From an uncultured Candidatus Saccharibacteria bacterium (lineage in GTDB: Bacteria; Patescibacteriota; Doudnabacteria; UBA920), in assembly GCA_964561365.1 (NCBI GenBank), contig CAZLPF010000002.1, forward strand, positions 10,068-74,067: a stretch of DNA of 64,000 bases. Direction: 5' to 3'. The notes beneath the pieces were generated by a model, which did no database searches, was not told where the DNA came from, and worked only from the letters and a program-made list of their open reading frames with translations. The position numbers and the translations under genes are program-made. Shown piece by piece: positions 19,911 through 28,606 of the stretch (its first letter is position 1; the number at the start of each line of letters is the position of its first letter).

Positions 19911-20765
19911 TCATTGCACGAGGCGTAGGCCGACGCGGATCTCGTTTCCCCACTTCGGAATGAGGGGGCCGAGTGTTTGGTTGAAGGCGTGGCGGTACTG
20001 TACCTCGACGGCCACGCGTTCCCCAGCGGCGAATTGAATGCCGCCAATGCCCCACATCCGTTTCGCCGCGGTGCCCGGTATGGCACCGCGAACTTCTTCA
20101 TGGATGGACCCGTTCTGTTGGTACGTCCCGCCAAAGATGAGCGAAATTTCGCCACCCTCGAAACGCTTCAGTACCGGCTCAACGTCCGCGGTTCCGCGCC
20201 ACTCCTGTCCAAGGCGGAAACCTTCGTGGGTACCCGGGCGGCTGTAGCCGGCAATGAGGTTGGTAACCATTTTGCCGTTACCGTAGGAGTAGATGAGGTC
20301 TGCTCCCGGGCTCCAGCCCGGTGCCGTGAACTGAACCTGGTCGCGGACCGCCGGCTCCCAGAAGAAGAAGGTCGTAGGGTGGCCGCCGGCGAGGACGACT
20401 TTTGGCTCAACGGCCAGCCGGTGGTAGCGGCCGGGTTTTAGGAACGAAACGAAGTTCCACTTTACGCTGACCTCGGGGTTGCCGACGCCGACTTCGTGGA
20501 TTTGCCCGTTCGCCGTGGTAAAGCGCCCGGCCTCGAGCGAGGCGCGAAGCGTCACCGTGTTCGTGAGGCCTACCGCCGGCCCGAAGAAGATCGAGGTAGA
20601 CGAGATGTCCACCCCGCGGACCGAAAGCCGTTCGTGGCGGCCTTCGACGAGGACCATCCAGCGCCCAGGCAAAACTTCGCTCCGGGCGTTCGGGACCAGC
20701 AAGGATTCGGCGAAGGCCTTAGGAATCATAAAGCACCATAGCGTCGCGAGTAACGCGAGCTGCAT
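19911..20765 (-). CDS. Secreted beta-rich protein (hypothetical; signal peptide)
   Basis: Start set at MQLALLATLWCF (GGGAGG SD 9 nt upstream; ORF track start 20795 contains the SD inside); signal peptide cleavage AFA|ESL. Confidence 0.5.
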   Translation of the reverse strand: MQLALLATLWCFMIPKAFAESLLVPNARSEVLPGRWMVLVEGRHERLSVRGVDISSTSIFFGPAVGLTNTVTLRASLEAGRFTTANGQIHEVGVGNPEVSVKWNFVSFLKPGRYHRLAVEPKVVLAGGHPTTFFFWEPAVRDQVQFTAPGWSPGADLIYSYGNGKMVTNLIAGYSRPGTHEGFRLGQEWRGTADVEPVLKRFEGGEISLIFGGTYQQNGSIHEEVRGAIPGTAAKRMWGIGGIQFAAGERVAVEVQYRHAFNQTLGPLIPKWGNEIRVGLRLVQ

Positions 20766-20878
20766 TGTATTGTTCCTCCCATTTTTTGAAAACAAAGCGG
20801 ACCATTAGGTCCGCTGCGGGAGGAACGTTACCAATTTTTTTACCGTCTGGCAAGACCCCCAATTTTCGCCCCCCTTGC

Positions 20879-21340
20879 CTACGGAGATTTTTGGTTCCAT
20901 TTCGCGCCGAGCGGCCGGAGGTGCGCCGCAACTACGATCGCCGCGGCGATGATGACGAGGTTTTTGATGATGTACTGCCCCTCGAGGGTGGGCACTAGAA
21001 GTCCGCTCCAGGTGACCTGCGGCAGGAGGAACAGCGGCATGAAGGTCGTGATCATGTGCAGGAACAGCAGGGGAACAACCACGCGCTCGAAGCCCCGGAC
21101 CAGGAACATGAGCCCTATGGCGCACTCGAGCAGGGCAAACAGGAAGTAGAACGTTCCGAACGACATGAGCGGCACGGTCCGTTCGAACAGCTGCTGCACG
21201 AGCTCGCCCGCGGGGCTCAGGCCTATAAGCTTTAAGAGCCCGAACCAAAAGAAAATTACGAACAGCCCGAAGCGCGCCACCGGAACCGAAACCCGCTGGA
21301 AGAAGCGGATGAGGTGGAGGTCTATGTTTTTCAGTGACAT
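20879..21340 (-). CDS. DoxX-like small membrane protein
   Basis: 153 aa, 4 TM helices. Confidence 0.5.
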   Translation of the reverse strand: MSLKNIDLHLIRFFQRVSVPVARFGLFVIFFWFGLLKLIGLSPAGELVQQLFERTVPLMSFGTFYFLFALLECAIGLMFLVRGFERVVVPLLFLHMITTFMPLFLLPQVTWSGLLVPTLEGQYIIKNLVIIAAAIVVAAHLRPLGAKWNQKSP

Positions 21341-21403
21341 TTTTGTTTCGAAGTTCTTTTACTGAAAAGGAACAGGGCGATGCATTTAAAATGAGAACTA
21401 TGC

Positions 21404-21481
21404 TGGGGTGGGTAACCGGACTTGAACCGGCAACCTCTGCTTTCACAGAGCAGCGCTCTAACCAATTGAGCTATACCCACC
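21404..21481 (-). tRNA. tRNA-His (anticodon GTG)
   Basis: Minus-strand cloverleaf with extra G-1 paired to discriminator C, anticodon loop CTGTGAA, T-loop TTCAAGT, CCA encoded. Confidence 0.9.
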
Positions 21482-21570
21482 ACGCGATCTTCCGAAGAAG
21501 TCTTCGAGATTGTACCGAAAAAGAGCCTTTCCGTCAATTCTAAGCCTGAAAAAGCCGCTATACTGACTTC

Positions 21571-22143
21571 ATGCCAACGTACGCTTTCGAGCAGGCCCCG
21601 GGTGGGTTCGGTGCCGCCCAGCTGTTCTCGACCATCGTTCCTATTGCGGTGGTGCTCGTTCTAGTCGCCGCAGGCATTTTTGCGGCGGCGTGGTGGTGGC
21701 GAAGGCAGCAGCGCTGGCTGCTGTTCCTGAACCACCAGGAGGTTCCCGAGGTCATTGCCCTGCTGCGCGGCTCCCAGTTCGAAACCTGGGTCGAGCAGCT
21801 GCTCCGCTCCGTCGGCATCCAGGCCACCCAGGTCGGGCAGCAGGGCGACCACGGTATAGACGTGGTGGCGACCTACCGCGGCAAGAAGGTCGGCATCCAG
21901 TGTAAAAAATTTCATGACAAACTGTACATTGGTGAATCAATCATCCGCGACCTTTACGGAGCACAGCGTCATTTCGGTTACGCAGCCGTAGTCCTTTTTA
22001 CTACCACAAATTTTTCTTATTCAGCGCGGCGGTGGGCAGAGGGCAAGCGAGACCTCGCGCTTGTGAATGGCTACGCGCTTGGTAAAATTGTTAAAGATCG
22101 ACGCCTCCTCATTGAGCTTTTCGATCGGTTAGTAGGCGCCTGA
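21571..22143 (+). CDS. Membrane-anchored restriction-endonuclease-like protein (Mrr_cat domain)
   Basis: N-terminal TM helix then GDHGIDVVA ... VGIQCKK ... VLFTTTNFS pattern typical of Mrr catalytic domain (D...(D/E)xK). Confidence 0.65.
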   Translation: MPTYAFEQAPGGFGAAQLFSTIVPIAVVLVLVAAGIFAAAWWWRRQQRWLLFLNHQEVPEVIALLRGSQFETWVEQLLRSVGIQATQVGQQGDHGIDVVATYRGKKVGIQCKKFHDKLYIGESIIRDLYGAQRHFGYAAVVLFTTTNFSYSARRWAEGKRDLALVNGYALGKIVKDRRLLIELFDRLVGA

Positions 22144-22146
22144 CTG

Positions 22147-22806
22147 CTAGCGCAGTTCGCCAATAACCTGTGCCGCGTCGAGCCAGCCGGAGAGCTGGCT
22201 CTTTTGCTGGACGTAGCCGGCGAGCACCACGCTGCTGCCTGCATGGACGGCGAGGTGCAGGTGCTTGCGCTCGCCGGCCGTTTCGCTCGAGTAGCCGGTG
22301 CCCAAAATCCCTACCGCATCACCGCGCGAGATGGCATCGCCGATTTTTAGATTGATGCTCGAAAGCCGGAGGTGGCCGTAGAGTACGGTAACTGCCTGAC
22401 CGTCCCGCTCGCAGCTCTGCACGAGCACACCGCCGTAGCCGGAGACCGTCCGGGCGAGCAGCACCGTGCCGCTGCAGATCGCGCGGACAGCTACATCCGC
22501 AGCCGCTTCTTCCGGGAACGCTTCGTAGTCCGTGCCGGTGTGGTAGCCGCTGAAGCGCTCGGGCTGTACCGGCGACGTTTTTTTATCTATAAAAATCCCG
22601 AACGGTTTTTTGGTAATGCGTTCACCGGCCCGGTCGAGGGGAATTGGGGATCCGTTCGCGGGTTGAGGGGTTACGGCCTGGGTCGCGGTAGGTGGCGCCG
22701 GCGAGCTTGGCCTGACGGGTTTGGTCGGTTTCGGGTCCGAAGAAAAAGGTCCGGCGCACGAGGCCGCGAGCAGGCAAACCGATAGCATTAGGAACGTTCG
22801 TTTCAT
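22147..22806 (-). CDS. M23 family metallopeptidase lipoprotein (LytM-like)
   Basis: Lipobox LAASC; M23 motifs HTGTDY and HLHLAVH; start at MKRTFLML. Confidence 0.8.
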   Translation of the reverse strand: MKRTFLMLSVCLLAASCAGPFSSDPKPTKPVRPSSPAPPTATQAVTPQPANGSPIPLDRAGERITKKPFGIFIDKKTSPVQPERFSGYHTGTDYEAFPEEAAADVAVRAICSGTVLLARTVSGYGGVLVQSCERDGQAVTVLYGHLRLSSINLKIGDAISRGDAVGILGTGYSSETAGERKHLHLAVHAGSSVVLAGYVQQKSQLSGWLDAAQVIGELR

Positions 22807-22896
22807 GCTGTAATCGTAGCACCCATAGGGTTCTGAAAACAGAAAGCCGCCCCACACCTTGCGGGACGGCTTTTCGTTGTAGTCAGCGTAGGCACC

Positions 22897-24273
22897 TTAG
22901 TGCCCGAAAGCGATTTTGAAATTGATGATCATGCGAGCCCGGAACATCCAGTCACCGGCAAAGGTACGGAAAGCTCCGGCTTCGAGCATCAGCTTCTTGT
23001 GCGTGTCCGGCCATAGGCCGAACGTGGGGCCGTGGTAGCCGCTCGCAGCTTGCCCGAAGGGTTTAGCTACGAACGTTTCTTCTCCAACGGCGATGCGGCG
23101 GTGAAGGTAGACCAGTATCTGGTGGTTTTCCTTCAGTCCATGGGTAGTGCGACCGCTGCCGAATTCGTGGAAAGCTTCGGCAACCGGCATGGCGACTTCA
23201 ACCTTCGGCACTCGTTTCGTCGGCGGCCTTGCCCAGTACGCCTGGGCACCTTCTCCAACGGCCGTGGTTCCCGAGCTGCTCGGAGAAACGCTGCCGGCGG
23301 CAAAGATTTGGAAGCCCCAGCGGTTCAGCACTTCGGGTCCGGCAGCGTAGCGGCCGTTGAAGGCCTTGCCGGTTTTGATGCTGATAACGTCCGCCACCCA
23401 CCTCTTCGGCAGGAGCGTGAAGCGCACGAACTGCTGTGTCTGTCCGAGCACACCAACCTTGTCGCTCATGCGCACGTCAATCTGAGCGGCGACTTCGCGG
23501 GTGGTTTTGGGATTGGGAACCCCCGTGTCTTGAGCCATAACCTTCACCGCACCCATCCCGCAGACCGATATAGTCGCCGACAGAGCGTAGCGAATGGCAA
23601 ACATGGCTCGCCTCGTCTGCTCGTAGATCGTCCCGTTTGGATAACAGAAGATCATGAACGGCCAAAAAACGGCTGCGTAGAGCGGACGCCAGAGGCAGAG
23701 CAGTTCGAGCCGGAGCGATAGCTGCTCCTCCTGCAAAATGCGCAGAAGGAAAAACATAAACGCAGCCGGAATCGAAAGCAGGTAGAACAGCCTCACGTTC
23801 CGCCACTGAATGCTGTTCTCTTCGTCCCTTGCCGCCGCGTTGTGCCGGTACGGCCCCGGGTGCGTCTTGGTGTAGCGTTGGGTTGCTTCAGCAACCGCGC
23901 GGTAGCCAAATTTGTCTTGGTAGACGTTGGTTATGCTTCCCGCGCTGCCGAACAGTTCGAGCTTCTGGGACATGCGCATGAACGTGTTGATGTCGCCGTT
24001 GTCGCCCCATTCTTTTAGCCCGCGCCTGCAGGCCAGGTCGAGCGTCGCACTTTCGTAGAGAGCGAGTGCGTGACCTTCGGGAGTGCTTGGGTTATGTAGG
24101 CTCGCGTAGAGCGCGTCAACCCGGCGCTCTAATTCGGCTGCGGACATCTTGGGGTAGTCCAGCCACTCGGCTGGGCCCGTGAACTGCTCTTTCATCGAAA
24201 ACCATGAAATGATCATGGTGACGACAATAAGCAGCTGCGTGGCACGGATGCACCACCTCTCGCTGACTGTCAT
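22897..24273 (-). CDS. Large membrane protein with C-terminal beta-rich domain (hypothetical, lower GC)
   Basis: Start at MTVSERW with AAGGAGGA SD 7 nt upstream; several TM helices; no family recognised. Confidence 0.5.
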   Translation of the reverse strand: MTVSERWCIRATQLLIVVTMIISWFSMKEQFTGPAEWLDYPKMSAAELERRVDALYASLHNPSTPEGHALALYESATLDLACRRGLKEWGDNGDINTFMRMSQKLELFGSAGSITNVYQDKFGYRAVAEATQRYTKTHPGPYRHNAAARDEENSIQWRNVRLFYLLSIPAAFMFFLLRILQEEQLSLRLELLCLWRPLYAAVFWPFMIFCYPNGTIYEQTRRAMFAIRYALSATISVCGMGAVKVMAQDTGVPNPKTTREVAAQIDVRMSDKVGVLGQTQQFVRFTLLPKRWVADVISIKTGKAFNGRYAAGPEVLNRWGFQIFAAGSVSPSSSGTTAVGEGAQAYWARPPTKRVPKVEVAMPVAEAFHEFGSGRTTHGLKENHQILVYLHRRIAVGEETFVAKPFGQAASGYHGPTFGLWPDTHKKLMLEAGAFRTFAGDWMFRARMIINFKIAFGH

Positions 24274-24329
24274 TACACAGTCCTCCTTCGCTATGGTCCG
24301 CCGTTTCAAAGGTCAGCGGGTAGCTTTTT

Positions 24330-24358
24330 ATTATAGTATGAAAAAGGTTATTTGTCAA
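24330..24358 (-). promoter_or_regulatory. Consensus sigma70 promoter TTGACA-17-TATAAT (minus strand) driving 22897..24273
   Basis: Plus strand ATTATA ... TGTCAA with 17-nt spacer in AT-rich intergenic region. Confidence 0.6.
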
Positions 24359-24418
24359 AGACCAAGATAAACAAAAACCCCCTTATTTCAAAAGAAACAG
24401 AGGGTATTTGAAATGGCG

Positions 24419-25222
24419 CTACCTGGAAACGATCATGGCTATCTTTATTGACGTGTCCGTGGTGCCGCGGGCGTGGTCCCAGTCGGCCGCCGCGCCGTAG
24501 AGCGTTTGGAACGGGTAGGGGTAGTTCTGTCCGCGCCGCGTGCCGGGGTCGTTCGTCACGAAGTCGCCGGTAACCGTGTAGCCGCGGAGCACGAGCATGT
24601 GGTGAATGGGCCCGGGCTGCTTGTAGTAGGGGTTGCCGAGCAGCCGACCGTTCGTGGAAATGAGCACAAGCTTGCCGGCGGCGAGCGCGGTTTTGAGGTC
24701 GGATTCTGAAAAGTTTTCTTTCAGCTCCACGGTCAGGCCGTAGTTCTCCCGGATCATGCGCGCGGTTTCCGCCACCGTCGTGTCCAGGTGGTAGCCGAAC
24801 GCGGACTGCTCCCAGGCGGCGAGCGCGGAAAGACCTCGCTCGACTTCGTCTGCAGCCAGGGTAGCCGAGCGGTTGCCGCGGAAGTACTCGTTCGCCATGA
24901 GCGCGGAGGCTTCTTCGCAGGCTTCGTTGTGGAATTCATCCCAGTTCCCGGTCGGCGCCTGGGAGGTGAAGGGAACCGAGAGGAGCACCCGGTCGTCCGT
25001 GTTCGGAGCGGGCGCTGGCGGCGTTTGCGCCGTGCTGCCGGTGGCCTTCTGGGGCGCCTTGATCGGCGCGGCGGTTGCCGTGCCTGCTGCCGGCGCGGTG
25101 TGGCGGGGGAGCGGCGTGGGGGCAACGTCAGGGTAGCGTGAGCCGAGCGTAAACAGCGCGGCGGCTGTGATGCCGGCGGCGAGGGTCAGGAACCAAAGAA
25201 TTATTTTTCGGCCGCGATTCAT
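24419..25222 (-). CDS. Peptidase C39-like domain protein (membrane anchored, Pro/Ala-rich linker)
   Basis: N-terminal TM, low-complexity linker, then VPFTSQAPTGNWDEFHNEACEEAS... resembling Peptidase_C39_2. Confidence 0.5.
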   Translation of the reverse strand: MNRGRKIILWFLTLAAGITAAALFTLGSRYPDVAPTPLPRHTAPAAGTATAAPIKAPQKATGSTAQTPPAPAPNTDDRVLLSVPFTSQAPTGNWDEFHNEACEEASALMANEYFRGNRSATLAADEVERGLSALAAWEQSAFGYHLDTTVAETARMIRENYGLTVELKENFSESDLKTALAAGKLVLISTNGRLLGNPYYKQPGPIHHMLVLRGYTVTGDFVTNDPGTRRGQNYPYPFQTLYGAAADWDHARGTTDTSIKIAMIVSR

Positions 25223-25229
25223 GCGATTG

Positions 25230-25922
25230 TTACCCCTTCATGATGGCTTCTCTGGCTACCTCGCGGTACTGGCCGGGCGCGAGGTCTTTCGGGAGCTCGA
25301 GCGAACCGATGCGGATTCGCTTCAGATTTTTTACCGACAACCCGACGGTCTCGAACATGCGCCGGATTTGGCGCTTCTTGCCTTCGTGGATGGTGATGTA
25401 GACGTTACCGTTCCGCGTTCTGACCTTCGCCGGGTACGTGGTGCCCGTCGGGAGTTCGACGCCGGTTCGGAGCGTGTCGAGCTGCCGGTCGCTCGGCGCC
25501 TCCCGCGTAACCACCTCGTACTCCTTGTCGTGCTCGAACGACGGGTGGGCGAGCTGCTGGGTCAGGTCGCCGTCGTTCGTCATAACGAGCAGGCCCTCGG
25601 TGTCGTAGTCGAGCCGCCCGACGTTCCAGACCTGGCGCTGGAACTGCTCGGGCAGCAGCTGGTAGACGGTCTTGCGGCCTTCGGGGTCCCGCCTTGAAAC
25701 GACGTACCCCTTCGGTTTGTTCAGGATAATGTAGAGGTTCGCGCTTTTGGCCTTGATGATCTTTCCGTAGACTTTTACGACGTCTTTTTTCGGGTCGACC
25801 TTGTCGCCGAGTCCGGCCTTTTTACCGTTAATTTGAACCTGGCCCGAGCGGATGAACTGCTCTGCCTGGCGGCGCGACGCCACCCCGGCGGCGCTCAAAA
25901 ATTTCTGTACCCGTTCTAGCAT
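25230..25922 (-). CDS. rluB: rRNA pseudouridine synthase, RsuA/RluB family
   Basis: S4 domain (GVASRRQAEQFIRSGQVQING), catalytic VGRLDYDTEGLLVMTNDG; TATACT -10 7 nt upstream of ATG. Confidence 0.85.
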   Translation of the reverse strand: MLERVQKFLSAAGVASRRQAEQFIRSGQVQINGKKAGLGDKVDPKKDVVKVYGKIIKAKSANLYIILNKPKGYVVSRRDPEGRKTVYQLLPEQFQRQVWNVGRLDYDTEGLLVMTNDGDLTQQLAHPSFEHDKEYEVVTREAPSDRQLDTLRTGVELPTGTTYPAKVRTRNGNVYITIHEGKKRQIRRMFETVGLSVKNLKRIRIGSLELPKDLAPGQYREVAREAIMKG

Positions 25923-25946
25923 AGCTCTAAGTATAGGGCCCGGAGC

Positions 25947-25975
25947 TTGAAAAAACTAGGAAGGTATGCTAAATT
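25947..25975 (+). promoter_or_regulatory. Putative promoter TTGAAA-17-(TGc)TAAATT for tRNA-Arg operon
   Basis: Divergent from rluB promoter; extended -10 TGn. Confidence 0.4.
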
Positions 25976-26056
25976 GCGTCAGCTGTCTTTTGTGCAGCCC
26001 TGGTCTTCCAAGTGCAGTTCGCGGTCCCGGCTGTACCGGGGACGCAAACACAAAAC

Positions 26057-26084
26057 TGGAAGGGGAGGCCGGGAAGGGGAAACC
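26057..26084 (+). promoter_or_regulatory. Conserved leader box TGGAAGGGGAG-N-GAGGGGAAACC, copy 1 (38 nt before tRNA-Arg GCG)
   Basis: Near-identical 27/28-mer at 26423-26449, 40 nt before second tRNA-Arg. Confidence 0.45.
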
Positions 26085-26122
26085 TTGAGCGAAGCGAAAG
26101 GTGTCCCCTCACGAATTGTTTT

Positions 26123-26199
<77 letters not shown>

Positions 26200-26278
26200 G
26201 CATGGGCCATGCAACGATGCGGCTTTCGTGTGCTGAAAGACTTCAGCCCACTTCAGCCTTCCCGTTGCTGTCCCACTT

Positions 26279-26317
26279 CCCCACGAACCCCCTTATCGGG
26301 TCTTCGTGGGGACCCCG
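26279..26317 (+). repeat. Hairpin repeat unit (CCCCACGAA...TTCGTGGGGACCCCG) between the two tRNA-Arg genes
   Basis: Same family as cluster at 4967-5228. Confidence 0.65.
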
Positions 26318-26340
26318 GAGAATATTGGATCAAGAAGCAA

Positions 26341-26362
26341 TCCGCCGAAGGCGGATTTTTTG
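26341..26362 (+). terminator. Rho-independent terminator (TCCGCC-GAAG-GCGGA + T6)
   Basis: Canonical hairpin plus U-tract after first tRNA-Arg module. Confidence 0.7.
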
Positions 26363-26422
26363 CTAGACTGGCTTCAGTTCTTTTGTTTCCAAGCGCGGCT
26401 TCGCCGCTTTGGAAACTCAACA

Positions 26423-26449
26423 TGGAAGGGGAGCCCGCGAGGGGAAACC
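26423..26449 (+). promoter_or_regulatory. Conserved leader box, copy 2 (40 nt before tRNA-Arg TCT)
   Basis: TGGAAGGGGAGCCCGCGAGGGGAAACC. Confidence 0.45.
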
Positions 26450-26489
26450 ACGAGGCTTTCCGAGTGGTGTCACTTCGCGAGGCATTTGT

Positions 26490-26565
26490 GGGCCCGTAGC
26501 TCAGTTGGAAGAGCAAGGGACTTCTAAGCCCGAGGTCGCAGGTTCGATTCCTGCCGGGCCCACCA
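26490..26565 (+). tRNA. tRNA-Arg (anticodon TCT)
   Basis: Perfect acceptor, D and T stems; anticodon loop CTTCTAA identical to bacterial tRNA-Arg(UCU); anticodon stem has A-G mismatches at both ends; CCA encoded. Confidence 0.75.
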
Positions 26566-26640
26566 CGGGTCATCGAAAGCTACCGCTTACGTATTTCGCC
26601 TCCGGCGAATTACTTCAGCTTCCGCTTTCATGCCCCTTTA

Positions 26641-26824
26641 CCCCAAAAACCTCTTCGATCTTTTTGGGGACCCCGAGGGAACGTTCGGAACAGCTTCTAG
26701 GATGTTTCCCCTTACCCCACGAACCCCTCCGGGTCTTCGTGGGGACCCCGAGGGAACATGAGAACAGTTGTCATGGCCCTTTACCCCAAACTTCCTCCGT
26801 AGCTTTTGGGGACCCTTGGGGAAC
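26641..26824 (+). repeat. Cluster 2 of hairpin repeats (3 units at 26641-26682, 26715-26757, 26784-26824)
   Basis: CCCTTTACCCCA + stem-loop + TGGGGACCCCGAGGGAAC; about 70-bp periodicity. Confidence 0.7.
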
Positions 26825-27089
26825 AATCGAAGTTGTTTTCAGCAGTTTGTCCGTATTATCCAAAAATATAGGTAACGTAAAATATCAAATATTTTGAGAA
26901 AAAGTTTTCCCTTACGCGAGGGGAATTTTATTTTATCCACCGCGAACGCACAGGAAACGCACACTTTTTTGTTTGACACGCAAACGAAAATGCGATAAAA
27001 ATTTAGTAGAGGCATTCTCTGCAGATTCCAATCCAGACTCAGCATTAATCCGCCGGTCCGAGGCGGGTAGATGAGGGGAGGTGAGAAAC

Positions 27090-27266
27090 ATGCAGAACCT
27101 CTTCATGTACCGCTGCGAAGTCTGCGGGTACGCGAGGCAGAAGCCGGGGACCTGTCCGTTCTGTGAGCTGACGCTGGTCGATTACGACCGCGAAGCCCAG
27201 CGCGAGTACCAGGTCGACATGGAAGAAGCCATGCGCACCATGCGTGAACTCCAGTGGTATATCTAG
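27090..27266 (+). CDS. Small zinc-ribbon protein (CxxC...CxxC), acidic C-terminus
   Basis: ATG with GAGGGGAGGTGA SD; MYRCEVCG...CPFCE; sits in AT-rich segment next to recombinase gene. Confidence 0.5.
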   Translation: MQNLFMYRCEVCGYARQKPGTCPFCELTLVDYDREAQREYQVDMEEAMRTMRELQWYI

Positions 27267-27560
27267 GGCCGGTTCGAGGGCACACACCGACAGCCGCACC
27301 GCTGCCAGGGTTGAACAGATCAATATTAGTCACCGATGATCAGGTCGTCCTGAAAATCCCACGCTTGTTCAAGGCGTGGGATTTTCATAAACACGAAAGG
27401 ACAAACTGCGTTTTTCCTTTCGTGAACTATCCTTTTCCTTACTTCGTTTCGCTCGGCCGGGAGTAAATACCGCCCGCGCGAAAGATTGCCGAAAACCTAA
27501 TCCCCACAACCAAGCCCCTAGCCTTCCCTAAACGCTACCCGCCTTACGCTAAACGCTAAC

Positions 27561-28559
27561 TCATTTTTTCCCGTGGAAGCGTTCGTGGATTTCCCGCAGG
27601 CCCTTGTTCGTTACGTGGGTGTAGAGCTGGGTCGTGGTAATGCTCGCGTGGCCGAGCAGGCTCTGCACCGAGCGGATGTCCGCGCCGTTCTGCAGCAGGT
27701 CCGTGGCGAAGCTGTGCCGGAGCGTGTGCGGCGAGACCTTTTTGACGATACCCGCTACCTGGCAATACTTCTTGACCGTGCGCTGGACCGAGCGGGGCGT
27801 GAGGCCGGCGTTCGTCTGCTTTTCCTCATCGCGTTCGCCTTTTTTGTAGCCCTGGGACTCGATTTCACGCTCAATGCCGCCCGTTCCCACCGTGGAGTGC
27901 GCCACGAACAGGGCCTGGCTCGCGTCCGTCCGCTTTTTTAGGTACTGCCTCACGGCTTTTGAAGCTTCCGGGGAAATGAACACGATGCGGAGCTTGTCGC
28001 CCTTGCCGCGGACCGTGAACTCGCCGCGGTCGAGGTTCACGTTATTTTTTTTCAGGTGGCAGAGCTCGGAAACGCGCAGGCCGGTGGAGAAGAGGAGCTC
28101 CAAAATGGCCCGGTCCCGCAGGCGTAAGATCTCGTCATCTTCTTGTTCCGTGGCCTTGAACAGCCGCTCGAGCTCGTCTTGTTCTAGGAACTCAACCTGC
28201 CGCGCCGGGTTCTTCGGCAGCTCGACCTTTTCGGGCGCGAGCGTCTCGTGGTCCATTTTGCGGAGGTACTTCAGGAACGCCCGGAGCGCAATGAGGTGGA
28301 AGTTCTGCGTGACCATTTTGAGCGGCCGCCCGTCCGGGGTTTCGAGGCGGTTCAAAAAGAGGCGGTAGCGCTTCACGAAGTCGAGCGAAATCTGCTCGGG
28401 CTTCGTAACGCCGGCGCTCTCGGCGAACCTCACGAGGCGGCCGAGGAACCTGCTATAGTTTTCAACGGTGTTGCGGCTCTGGTTCTTACCGATCTCGCAG
28501 AACTCGAGAAAGTCGTTGACCGCGCGCTTCAGGGCCGAGAACTGTTTCTGTTTCTGCAC
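27561..28559 (-). CDS. Tyrosine site-specific recombinase, XerC/XerD-integrase family
   Basis: N-terminal core-binding domain; catalytic R...HxxR...Y residues (RVSEL, HTLRHSFAT, LLGHASITTTQLYTHV); about 40-aa insertion in catalytic domain. Confidence 0.9.
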   Translation of the reverse strand: MQKQKQFSALKRAVNDFLEFCEIGKNQSRNTVENYSRFLGRLVRFAESAGVTKPEQISLDFVKRYRLFLNRLETPDGRPLKMVTQNFHLIALRAFLKYLRKMDHETLAPEKVELPKNPARQVEFLEQDELERLFKATEQEDDEILRLRDRAILELLFSTGLRVSELCHLKKNNVNLDRGEFTVRGKGDKLRIVFISPEASKAVRQYLKKRTDASQALFVAHSTVGTGGIEREIESQGYKKGERDEEKQTNAGLTPRSVQRTVKKYCQVAGIVKKVSPHTLRHSFATDLLQNGADIRSVQSLLGHASITTTQLYTHVTNKGLREIHERFHGKK

Positions 28560-28606
28560 GTCGTAATAATTTACCGTTTTGCGACACGGTCAGTATACAC
28601 GCCCCC

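Noticed and set aside
26409-26897. 162-aa plus ORF running through tRNA-Arg(TCT) and the hairpin repeats
   Set aside because: Spans a tRNA gene and structured non-coding repeats; no coding signal.
26839-27045. 68-aa minus-strand ORF in the AT-rich spacer before the zinc-ribbon gene
   Set aside because: AT-rich, Lys/Phe/Ile-rich low-complexity product in a region that looks like promoter DNA; no SD or conservation signal.
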